Shown: in pieces, positions 25,314 through 33,595 of the stretch
Layout of the letters: the number at the start of each line of letters is the position of its first letter
How positions within the stretch are numbered: position 1 is the first letter of the stretch
From: Pseudomonadota bacterium
GTDB lineage: Bacteria > Bdellovibrionota_B > Oligoflexia > Oligoflexales > CAIYRB01
Reading direction: 5' to 3'
DNA: 39,616 nt
Assembly (NCBI GenBank): GCA_031416315.1
Contig: JANOTL010000026.1
Location: forward strand, 1-39,616
Made by a program: the position numbers and the translations under genes
The notes under the pieces: model-generated
The model's database searches: none
The model's input: only the letters and a program-made list of their open reading frames with translations
What the model was told of the DNA's origin: nothing

Positions 25314-26732
25314 TCAATCACAAACCCACAACGCAGTCCCCGAAACATCCACCCCAATCGCTCTCACCTCGACATGCGCCGACCCCGACTTACAGAAAGC
25401 CGCCGCCTCCTCCATCGACGTCGACCCGTAGGTATAGTCCCGCTTCAGGAGCACCTGCCCCTGATCCGCCCGACGGTCGATCCCTTGCGGCTTCACCTTG
25501 CCGAGCAGCGCCGGATCGGCCAAGTTGTCCACGACCTCCCGCGTCGTCAACCGCTGCTCGGTATCGACTTCGCGCCGCCACTGATACCGGCTCCCGCCGA
25601 ACGTATCATTGTGTGCCACCGCCTGATCCCACTCGGCGAAGCACGGCAGCTGGTCGTTCCGGGGGCTCGACATGTTGTGGAACACGTACCAGTTCGAGCA
25701 CGAGGTCTTCCCTTGCCCGCCGCCGCAGCCGTTGCACTCCCACTCGCCGATGTTCTTCCCGTACCACTGGATCGACTTGTCGTCGTACCAGTGCTTCGCG
25801 CAGCAGTAATCGTGCCGCGTCCCGGAGATGTCGAAGTGGCACTCCGCCAACTGCGGCCGATTCTTCGGATCGCTCCCCGGCTCGCAGCCGACGCCGCCCT
25901 GCGCGCCTAGGAAATGGAGCCCGCAGCCCGAGCCGCTCGCCCACGGGCACGCGAACATCTCCAGGTCGTTGCAGTTGTCGTAGCTCCGCGTTCCGTCCGA
26001 CGCGTAGCAGGAACAGCCGGCGGGCGCGCGCCACGCGCCCGGATTGTCGTCCCACTTGGCGCAATTCACGAAGGGCTTCGGGACGCACCAGGCGGCCGTA
26101 TTGCCTGGATCCGCCGCGTAAGCCGCCACGTCGACGTCCCAGCCGAAGCGGAAGGGGGAGTCGCCGGCGCTGTCCGCGCCGACGCCCTTTTGAACGACGT
26201 CGGCCGTCGCGATCGAGGAGCACGCCAGGAACGTCGAGAAATCCGCGAGCGCCAGGCCGTCCTTCCGTTTCGGCGCCGAGTCCTTCAGTCCAAGCCCCTT
26301 TGGGTTCAGCCGAGAGCATTCCGTCGCCGCCCCGCGGCAATCGTAGCAATGCGTCGCCTTCCCCGCCGCCGCCGCCGTGCAGCCGAGATCCGTGGTCTTC
26401 CCATTGGCCTCCCGCTTGAGGCAGGTCGCCATCGGGAACTCGTTCTCCGCATAGCGATGCGTCGGATCGAGCTGGCACTGGCTCCACGCGCAGCCCTTTG
26501 AGCAGAGCCCGCCGTTGTTCTTGCCGGCGTCGCACTGCTCCGGCTTCTCCACGACGGCGTTGCCGCAGACGGCGGCGCCGCCGTCCGTCTCCGGCTTGGG
26601 CGCTGAGGGGTCGGCCTGTCCGGCCGTGCCCGGCAGGGCTTTCAAGGCCCCCAGGTCGCCCTCGGTCGTTTCGATGGTGGAGCGGCAGGAGGCGAGCGTC
26701 ACGCAGAGCAGAATGAGCGAAAGTGCGCGCAC
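25314..26732 (-). CDS. Cysteine-rich lipoprotein with a Myxococcus Cys-rich (DUF4215-like) repeat
   Basis: GAGGTG RBS, lipobox LASC, VCGNAVVEKPEQCDAGKNNGGLCSKGC, 28 Cys after the lipidated Cys. Start is GTG 26732 or TTG 26735. Confidence 0.8.
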   Translation of the reverse strand: MRALSLILLCVTLASCRSTIETTEGDLGALKALPGTAGQADPSAPKPETDGGAAVCGNAVVEKPEQCDAGKNNGGLCSKGCAWSQCQLDPTHRYAENEFPMATCLKREANGKTTDLGCTAAAAGKATHCYDCRGAATECSRLNPKGLGLKDSAPKRKDGLALADFSTFLACSSIATADVVQKGVGADSAGDSPFRFGWDVDVAAYAADPGNTAAWCVPKPFVNCAKWDDNPGAWRAPAGCSCYASDGTRSYDNCNDLEMFACPWASGSGCGLHFLGAQGGVGCEPGSDPKNRPQLAECHFDISGTRHDYCCAKHWYDDKSIQWYGKNIGEWECNGCGGGQGKTSCSNWYVFHNMSSPRNDQLPCFAEWDQAVAHNDTFGGSRYQWRREVDTEQRLTTREVVDNLADPALLGKVKPQGIDRRADQGQVLLKRDYTYGSTSMEEAAAFCKSGSAHVEVRAIGVDVSGTALWVCD

Positions 26733-26736
26733 CAAC

Positions 26737-27525
26737 TCACCTCGCAAGTTTTTCCGCTTCCGCCAGCGCCTCTTCGAGGTAGGACCCCGCGCCGATCGTA
26801 GCGAAGGTGACCTTCCCGGTCTTGTCCATGACCACCGTCATCGGGATCGCCGAGACGTACCATTCCTTTTGCAGCGCGTGCTCTTTGTCGCGCGCGATGG
26901 TGAAATCCGGCGCCACCATCTTCGCGTAGTTCTTGAGCTCGGCCTCTTCCTCGTCGGAGACGGCGAGGACCGCGACGTTCGCGTTCTTCTTTTTCATCTC
27001 CGCGGCCCATTTCGACAGGCGCGGGTGCGACGCGCGGCAGGCCGGGCACCAGGTCGCCCAGAACTCTACGACCGCGACCTTGCCCTTGAGCGTCGCCTGC
27101 GTCACCGGCGCGTCGCCGTGGATTCTGTCCAGGACGAATGCCGGCGCCTGCTTGCCGACGACGCGCTGCTTCACCAGCTCGAGCTCGTCGGGCCGCGCGA
27201 CGAGCTTCACGTCTTTCGTCTCGCTCTTGCCGGCGCGCAGATACTCCACCTTCACCGTGTTGCCGACGCCCTGTGAGCGCACGACCTGGATGAGCTCCTC
27301 CGGCTTCGAGACCTTGGTGCCGCCGATCGCCGTGATCTCGTCGCCGGCCTTGAGCCCGTACTCCGCGGCCGGCGTTCCGGCGATCACGTCCTTGACCGCG
27401 ACCCCGACCTTCCCGGCCTCGATCGCGACGCCGAGCCAAGGCTTCACTTGCTCGACCTTTTGCGCGGACGCCGTGCCGGCGACCGAAACCAGCAGAGCCA
27501 ACACGACAATTTGCAGATTTTTCAT
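26737..27525 (-). CDS. Exported PDZ + TlpA-like thioredoxin protein
   Basis: Signal peptide, PDZ (WLGVAI...GTPAAEYGLKAGDEITAIGG), EFWATWCPAC, cis-Pro AIPMTVVMDKTG. Confidence 0.9.
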   Translation of the reverse strand: MKNLQIVVLALLVSVAGTASAQKVEQVKPWLGVAIEAGKVGVAVKDVIAGTPAAEYGLKAGDEITAIGGTKVSKPEELIQVVRSQGVGNTVKVEYLRAGKSETKDVKLVARPDELELVKQRVVGKQAPAFVLDRIHGDAPVTQATLKGKVAVVEFWATWCPACRASHPRLSKWAAEMKKKNANVAVLAVSDEEEAELKNYAKMVAPDFTIARDKEHALQKEWYVSAIPMTVVMDKTGKVTFATIGAGSYLEEALAEAEKLAR

Positions 27526-27633
27526 GATTGCTCGCAACAGCGGGGCGACGGGCGCGTGGGCGAATGCGTGCGGAGGTGAGATAATCATACTCCAGATCCA
27601 TAGGGTGTCTTCAATCACAGTTGGGGGATGTAC

Positions 27634-28149
27634 ATGAGGAAGTTCCTGCTGGGCGCCGCTTTTGCGCTCTTTGCGACCGCGAGCTACGCGAACCAGATCG
27701 ACCCGGCGGCGACCGAGTTCCCGTGGATGAACGGCCCGTCGCGCGACGCCCGCTACTCGCTGTCCGCGGACGCCAACCGCAACAAGGTCCACGTCATCGA
27801 AGCCTACGGCATCAGCTGCAGCTGGTGTAACCGCAACGCGCCGCAGGTCGACGCGTTGGCGACCGAGTACATCAGCAACGTCCGCGTTCAGGTCCTCGAC
27901 ATGGGCCTCGACTCCGCCGACCGCGACTACGCCCGTTGGATCCAGATGCACGCTCCCAACCACCCGGTGGTGAAGGACGAGGGCCGCGTCGTGTGGCAGG
28001 CCTTGATGCAGGAGAACGGCATCCCGCAGACCTTCGTCGTCGCCTGCGACGGCCAGCTGATCGGCGCGACGATCGGCTATTGGGGCGAGGAAGAGAAGAA
28101 TACCTTGCGCGAGGCGATCTCGCGCGCGCTGGATACGACCTGCGACTGA
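27634..28149 (+). CDS. Exported TlpA/thioredoxin-fold protein
   Basis: Signal peptide MRKFLLGAAFALFATASYA, CSWC motif, GIPQTFVV.CDG cis-Pro loop. Confidence 0.82.
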   Translation: MRKFLLGAAFALFATASYANQIDPAATEFPWMNGPSRDARYSLSADANRNKVHVIEAYGISCSWCNRNAPQVDALATEYISNVRVQVLDMGLDSADRDYARWIQMHAPNHPVVKDEGRVVWQALMQENGIPQTFVVACDGQLIGATIGYWGEEEKNTLREAISRALDTTCD

Positions 28150-28188
28150 GCGATCAGGACGACGGCCCAGCCGTGACCTCCGCTCCGG

Positions 28189-28212
28189 GGGCCCCATCGG
28201 GGGCCCTTTTTT
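28189..28212 (+). terminator. Intrinsic terminator
   Basis: GGGCCCC-ATCG-GGGGCCC followed by T6. Confidence 0.8.
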
Positions 28213-28243
28213 AATGGAAACTTTGCCGGCTCGCCGCCGGACC

Positions 28244-28568
28244 TCACAGCCCTGGCCGCAGCCCGTGATCTTTCGGATCGATCAGAAGCTGATGCGGGTG
28301 GCCGCCGATCGCGGGTAGCGTGCGCTCGCCTTCGAGGGTCTCGGCTTCGATTAGAGCGCGCACGAAGGCGACCGGCGGGTCGTCGGTCGCGAACGAGGCG
28401 GCGGCCGGAGGCGGCTTCCGGCGGAGCAGCGGGAGCGCCTTCGCCCGGCAGGGGCGCAGGCCGAGAGGGCGCCGCCCGTCTTTCGGACGCGCTCGATCCG
28501 GAGCAAGCTCCGATGAGCGCGATCCAGACGGCCAAGGAGCTGAAGGTGATGGACCGAGCGAAAGGCAT
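28244..28568 (-). pseudogene. Possible frameshifted small lipoprotein
   Basis: Lipoprotein signal MPFARSITFSSLAVWIALIGAC plus a Pro/Ala linker in one frame. A protein-like tail SFATDDPPVAFVRALIEAETLEGERTLPAIGGHPHQLLIDP is in another frame. Confidence 0.4.
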
Positions 28569-28687
28569 TTGGATGGCTCTCGGTTCAGCGTCTGAGGACT
28601 TGAGCCGTGCCAAGGCGCGTGCATGCGGTGGGGTCCAAGACCGGTAGAGTATTGACGGAAAAACGCCGAGACGCGTCGATCGGTTTG

Positions 28688-28719
28688 GGGTCACGGCGAT
28701 CCGAGGGGCCCTTTTTTTT
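28688..28719 (+). terminator. Terminator-like hairpin with T8 in an intergenic region
   Basis: GGGTC-A-CGG-CGAT-CCG-AGG-GGCCC followed by T8. Confidence 0.4.
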
Positions 28720-28805
28720 CGCCCCCGCGCCCGCAAGTTTCCCGAATTTACCCCCTCCTTCCGCCGACTCGCCCAACTCTGCCGCCCGCATTTGCACGCT
28801 TCTCC

Positions 28806-28832
28806 TCAGGTCCGGCTTGCGGCGGACGATAC
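28806..28832 (+). promoter_or_regulatory. Putative sigma-28 promoter, possibly for a leaderless mRNA
   Basis: TCAGG-N14-GACGATAC ending 7 nt before ATG 28840, which lacks an SD sequence. Confidence 0.5.
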
Positions 28833-28839
28833 GCCCACC

Positions 28840-31152
28840 ATGGTAAAGCAGGTCGAAAGTCAACTCCTAGAGGCGAACAAGCTGATCTTCGTCAAGCGCT
28901 ATGCTGACGCGGAGCGCTTGCTCGAAGAGCTCGTCGAATCGGCCGACGGCCGCGAGGAGCTTTTGGTCCACGTCCGCCGCGTCGAGCTCGCCGCGATGCT
29001 GAAGCGCTTGGACCAACTGCGTGGCGAATACGTCCGCTCGCTCCGCGACGCCAAGGACCCCGCGATGCGCAAGGTCCACGAGACCTGCCTCGCCTTCGTC
29101 GACCAGCACCTGGAAAGCCCGAGCCATCCGGAGACGATCAGCGTCTTCCAAGAGCTCTTGAAGAAGCACGGCCCCTTCGCTGCCGCCTATTACGGGATCG
29201 GCTACGGCATGGAGGCGCAAGGCAACCACGAGCGCGCCGTCTTCAACTACGAGCAGGCCCTGTCGCTCGACCCGCGCTGGTACATCGCGTATTTCGGCCT
29301 TTCGCAGGTGTATTACCAAATCGGCGACGAGAAGAAGGGCGATCACTTCTTCTATCTGTTCGAGCAGGCCGCGCCTTACAACGTGTACGGCAACTTCGAG
29401 ACGCATCGGAAGCTTTGTCAGGAGTTCCTCGAGGACGAGCGGTTCGTCGAGGCCGAGGCCGCGATCCAGACGCTCTCCGAGTGGTGGATGGACAACAAGG
29501 GCTCCTGCCCGACCGAGGTCCAGATTTACGAGCTGCTCGCCACGGCGCGCATCTCCGAGTCGCAAGGCGACCGCGCCCAGGCCGAAGGCCGCAGGAGTCG
29601 CGCCTCTGGGCTTGCGCTGCTCGCGCTCGAGGACCCGAAGACTCCCGAGAGCGTCCTCTACTTCATCGCCAAGGTGCTCGAGGAGTTCGACGACTTCCCG
29701 AAGGCCTACAAGTTCTACCGCAGGATCCTGCGCGCCGACGGCCAATCGCCGGCGATGGTGCAGAAGATCGGCAGCCAGTTTCTTTCCATGGGCGAATTCC
29801 GGCTTGCCCGCGACCTCTTCCAGGAAGCCTACGACGCGCACCCAGAAAACCCCGACATCCGCTTCTGCCTCCTCGTCTCAAGCCTGAAGCTCTCGACCGT
29901 CAACGTCGAAGAGTACCTGATCGGCCGCGAGCGCCTGCGCCAGCTGACCGAGAACGGCGGCGACAAGGTCGAGCTCCTCGCGCTCCTGCATTCGCTGATG
30001 GCGAAATTCGACGGCGACGCCGACGTCCAGGGCCACGTGGCCGACGTCTATTTGCGCCTGGGCAACGTCGAGCGCGCCACGCGCCACTACGAGCGCATGT
30101 ACGAACTCGACGGCAAAAACCGCTCCACCGGCCTGAAGTACGCTTCCTTCATGATGCAGTACGGCGAGCCCGACCGCGCCATGGGCATCCTGAGCAAGAT
30201 CGCGACCGACGCGAGCTTGTCGCAAGACAGCCAAGCCGAGGTCTACTGGCTCAAGTCGAACTATTACGCGCGCAAGAAAGAGTTCCGCGAGTCGCAGACC
30301 TTGCTGCGCCGCGTGCTCGCGATCGACCCGTGGAACGTCTCCTACTTGGTGCAGGAGATCATCAACCTCCTGGCGCTCGCGACCCTCGACGACGAGCTCC
30401 GCAAGGTCGACGCGATCCTCCTCTCCCTTTCCGCCGAAGGCGAGCAAAAAGTCGACTGGACGGAGTTCGACGCCAACACGCGCCGCATGGAGAGCCAGAA
30501 CGCCTACGAGCTCGTCTACTCGCGCCGCAAGCTTCGTTACCTGTACACGAACGGGTCTGAAGACGCGCTGCTCGAGCTGGTGCGCGCCGCCTGCCGCCAC
30601 GACGCGACGCGCGGTACTTACGACTTCATGAAGCTCCTGAACACGAACTTCGACAGCCCCTCGATTCACTGGGCTTTGGGCATCATCTCGAAGGAGCTCT
30701 GGCGCCTCGAGACGGCCTCCGTCTGGTTCGAGCAGATGCTCCTTTACCCGAACATCAGCGCCAAAATGCAGGCGCGCGCCTACGTCGAGCTCGCCGACTG
30801 CTTCATCTGGCAGGGCCGCAGCTTGGACAAGGCCATCGAGTACGCGAAGCTCGCGTACGACCTCGAGAGCGGCAAGGAGCAGCGCACCACGCGCGTGCTC
30901 GGTCACGCGTATCTGAAGGCCGGTCAGATCCGTCAGGCGAAGCTGCACCTCGAAGAGCAGGATCCTGCGATCGACCACGAGGTCCGCTACCTGCAAGGCC
31001 TCCTGCATTACCGAAACGGCGCGCGCTCACGCGCCAATGAAGTGTGGAAGCCGCTCCTCACCGTCGTGAGCGAGAGTTTGCGTTTCCACAACATCAAACA
31101 AGAAGTCCTGAAGTTCTACTTCGACGGCGCGCCGTATCTGAAGGCGAACTGA
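28840..31152 (+). CDS. Large tetratricopeptide-repeat protein
   Basis: Repeated TPR consensus (AAYYGIGYGMEAQGNHERAVFNYEQALSLDP; VADVYLRLGNVERATRHYERMYELD), very high GC3. Confidence 0.88.
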   Translation: MVKQVESQLLEANKLIFVKRYADAERLLEELVESADGREELLVHVRRVELAAMLKRLDQLRGEYVRSLRDAKDPAMRKVHETCLAFVDQHLESPSHPETISVFQELLKKHGPFAAAYYGIGYGMEAQGNHERAVFNYEQALSLDPRWYIAYFGLSQVYYQIGDEKKGDHFFYLFEQAAPYNVYGNFETHRKLCQEFLEDERFVEAEAAIQTLSEWWMDNKGSCPTEVQIYELLATARISESQGDRAQAEGRRSRASGLALLALEDPKTPESVLYFIAKVLEEFDDFPKAYKFYRRILRADGQSPAMVQKIGSQFLSMGEFRLARDLFQEAYDAHPENPDIRFCLLVSSLKLSTVNVEEYLIGRERLRQLTENGGDKVELLALLHSLMAKFDGDADVQGHVADVYLRLGNVERATRHYERMYELDGKNRSTGLKYASFMMQYGEPDRAMGILSKIATDASLSQDSQAEVYWLKSNYYARKKEFRESQTLLRRVLAIDPWNVSYLVQEIINLLALATLDDELRKVDAILLSLSAEGEQKVDWTEFDANTRRMESQNAYELVYSRRKLRYLYTNGSEDALLELVRAACRHDATRGTYDFMKLLNTNFDSPSIHWALGIISKELWRLETASVWFEQMLLYPNISAKMQARAYVELADCFIWQGRSLDKAIEYAKLAYDLESGKEQRTTRVLGHAYLKAGQIRQAKLHLEEQDPAIDHEVRYLQGLLHYRNGARSRANEVWKPLLTVVSESLRFHNIKQEVLKFYFDGAPYLKAN

Positions 31153-31371
31153 CTTATCTGGCCGCGTAGCCAGAAAACATATTGACGTGCCGGGCCGTTT
31201 GTGGAAAATAGGACCCGAGCAAAGTCATTCCATCGTTAAAGAGCGCAGCGCGAACCGGGAAGCCGGTGTGCCATAGCAGAGAGCAGTCTTCTGCGGGGCC
31301 CACAAGCAAATTCCTGAGTCGCGGGCAAACCCCAGTTTCGCAACCCGAAACAGGATGTTTTGGGTATTCGC

Positions 31372-31398
31372 TCAAGTTTCCGCACGGGATGCCGATAC
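31372..31398 (+). promoter_or_regulatory. Putative sigma-28 (FliA) promoter
   Basis: TCAAGTTT-N11-GCCGATAC, close to the FliA consensus TAAAGTTT-N11-GCCGATAA. Confidence 0.7.
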
Positions 31399-31486
31399 GC
31401 TCGACCAAAGTTACATGGTGCCCAGGTGGTTCGCGGCTTTAGGGCTTTAGAGACCAGACAGGACGGTCTCGCTAGAGGAGGCTCGT

Positions 31487-31852
31487 GTGAAAGCGAAGAT
31501 CGAAAGGCTTGGGGGTACTCGTCCGATGCAAAACATGATCGAGAATTGCGCGCACTGTAACGAAGAGCAGAAGTCGCGTCGTCGTGATTTCAGCGAGCAG
31601 GCCTGGGCCGCGCTCGTGGTTTGGAGCGAAGTGCAGAAGACGGAAGTCGACCAAGCCATTTGCGACGACTGCTACAGCGAGCTCCGCGAGGTCTTGATCG
31701 ACCGCGCCGAGGAGATCGAGACCGCCGCGAAGACCAAAGATACGAAAGACATCCCGGCCGCCAAGAAGGCCATCAAGGCCGCGACCCCGGTCGCCGCCGC
31801 CGCCGCCGCGCCGCGCTCCGTGCCCGGCTCGAAGGTGCGCAAAGCTAGCTGA
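31487..31852 (+). CDS. Small protein with CxxC...CxxC (Zn-ribbon-like) and Ala/Lys-rich tail
   Basis: GAGGAGG RBS before GTG 31487 (alternative ATGs downstream). CAHC and CDDC, tail AAKKAIKAATP...KVRKAS, followed by a terminator. Confidence 0.8.
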   Translation: MKAKIERLGGTRPMQNMIENCAHCNEEQKSRRRDFSEQAWAALVVWSEVQKTEVDQAICDDCYSELREVLIDRAEEIETAAKTKDTKDIPAAKKAIKAATPVAAAAAAPRSVPGSKVRKAS

Positions 31853-31898
31853 GCTAGCGTCCCCACAATCTACGCCTTTCGACGTTGAACGTCGTTTC

Positions 31899-31922
31899 AG
31901 GGAGCCGCGAGGCTCCCTTTTT
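31899..31922 (+). terminator. Intrinsic terminator
   Basis: AGGGAGCC-GCGA-GGCTCCCT followed by a T-run. Confidence 0.85.
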
Positions 31923-31981
31923 CTCGTCCGCGAATCGCCACCTTCGCTCGCACGGCAAATCTTGCCGGAGGCCTTACCGTC

Positions 31982-32008
31982 TAAAGTTTGGACGCTCCTC
32001 ACCGATCC
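31982..32008 (+). promoter_or_regulatory. Putative sigma-28 (FliA) promoter
   Basis: TAAAGTTT-N11-ACCGATCC, with a perfect extended -35. Confidence 0.65.
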
Positions 32009-32059
32009 CTCTCTCGCACGAAGCAAAAGTTCCGCCTCACTGCTAGGGAAGGGTTCCGC

Positions 32060-33583
32060 ATGCCGGCGAATCTCGACAACGAAGTCCTGGTCACGAAGAT
32101 CCAAGCCCTAAGCGAGCTGACGCGCGACGCCCGGGAAGAAGGCGGCGGCCTCGCCGCCCGCGTCCGAGCCTACGAGACGGCCCTGGCGGCCTTCTGGCGG
32201 GCCGACTTCGGCACCGCGGCCGACCTGGCCTCGCAGCTGCTCGCCGACGAGCCGGACAGCGCGGCGCGGCACCAGGCCTACCGCCTTTGGATCGAGTCCC
32301 TGGCCGAGCAAGGCGACAAGGCCTCGCTCCGCTGCTTGAAAGACCACTTGTTCACGCGCGGCCAAGCCGAGCCCGACGAGCACACGACCTACGCGGCGCT
32401 CCGCGGCGTGGCGCATTTCGAGCTGGACGAGATGCAAGCGGCACGGCTTCTCGCGAAAGCGATGAAGGACGAGGTCCAAGATCCTTATGCTCTCGAGCTC
32501 GTGCAGCTTGTCGAGCGTCGCCTGAGTGAGGCCGGCGCTCCCGAGACGTTGCCCTCGCTGCTACGCGCCACGTCGCCGATCGTCGACTACTTTCATTGGC
32601 AATCGATCGCGCGCTCTTTCGTCGGCCGTCAAGGCGGCTCCGAAGGCCGCGAGCCGCTCGTCGAGACGCTCCTCGTGATCCGCGAGCACCATCGCGGCGC
32701 GCCCTTGCCGCTCGTCGCCGAATACCATGCGCAGATGGAGTCGGGCCTCTACGCCGGCGCGGCGATCTACGCCGACCGCCTGTGCGAGCTCTACCCAGAA
32801 AACGTCGATTATCAGTACTACCGGGCCTTCGCGCAGTTCGAGGACGGCAACTACCCGACGGCGCGCGCCATCCTGCAGACCGTCGTGAGCCGTTTCGGCG
32901 CTGACGATCCGGAGGTCGTCGGCCTCCTCGGCCACTGCTTCGCCAAGCTCGGCGAGCCCGAGCAGGCGAAGCGCCACCTGATGCGCGCCGCCAGCCTTCT
33001 GCGCAGCGAGGGCATGCCTTCTTCGCATGTGCGCCTCGAGCTGGCCAACGTCGAGGAGGAGCTCCGCGGCGACGCAGTCGATCCGGCCGTCGAGGAGCTG
33101 CCGCGCGAGTCGCGGATGTGGGTCGTGAATCTCTCCGCGCGCCGCTACCACGAGCTCATGACGGCTTCTGAGTCGGCCGTCGACCGCCTCCTTCGCCCGA
33201 TGGGCACCTCGCCGCGCAACGGCGACTTCGTCCTCTTCACCTCGCCGCCGGAAGGCGACCAGAGCGGCACCACCGAGTGGAACATCGTCGCGATCTACAC
33301 GGTCGACTCGGAGCCCTTGTGGCATCCGGTCTACCGCCACCACACGGCGCTGAAGCTCGTGGTACGCATGAATCACGCCATCCCGATGGAGATCCAGGCC
33401 GCTCCGGAGGCCGAAGGGACGGTCACCGAGCGCCCGGGCGCCGACGATCCGATCCGCTTTGGCGTCTATGAGATCGAGCAAGGCCACGCCCTCGACATCA
33501 TCGAGCGCGCGATCGAGCAGCAGAAAAACGGTATCATTGAGAGGCGCGCCCAAGGCGGCAAAGCCCGGCGTCCCTCTGCCTAA
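32060..33583 (+). CDS. TPR protein with C-terminal EVE/PUA-like domain
   Basis: TPR helices (YQYYRAFAQFEDGNYPTARAIL; LLGHCFAKLGEPEQAKRHL). C-terminal W....GDFVLFT...IVAIYTVDSEP...LKLVVRM..AIP. Confidence 0.8.
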   Translation: MPANLDNEVLVTKIQALSELTRDAREEGGGLAARVRAYETALAAFWRADFGTAADLASQLLADEPDSAARHQAYRLWIESLAEQGDKASLRCLKDHLFTRGQAEPDEHTTYAALRGVAHFELDEMQAARLLAKAMKDEVQDPYALELVQLVERRLSEAGAPETLPSLLRATSPIVDYFHWQSIARSFVGRQGGSEGREPLVETLLVIREHHRGAPLPLVAEYHAQMESGLYAGAAIYADRLCELYPENVDYQYYRAFAQFEDGNYPTARAILQTVVSRFGADDPEVVGLLGHCFAKLGEPEQAKRHLMRAASLLRSEGMPSSHVRLELANVEEELRGDAVDPAVEELPRESRMWVVNLSARRYHELMTASESAVDRLLRPMGTSPRNGDFVLFTSPPEGDQSGTTEWNIVAIYTVDSEPLWHPVYRHHTALKLVVRMNHAIPMEIQAAPEAEGTVTERPGADDPIRFGVYEIEQGHALDIIERAIEQQKNGIIERRAQGGKARRPSA

Positions 33584-33595
33584 GGAATCGGCTCG

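Noticed and set aside
24233..26419. 728-aa plus-strand ORF
   Set aside because: Arg/Pro-rich off-frame and antisense shadow of MscS and the Cys-rich lipoprotein, typical of high-GC DNA.
31322..31365. GGGCAAACC start resembling a c-di-GMP-I riboswitch
   Set aside because: Lacks the GNRA-capped P2 followed by GACGCAAA; only a simple hairpin is visible.
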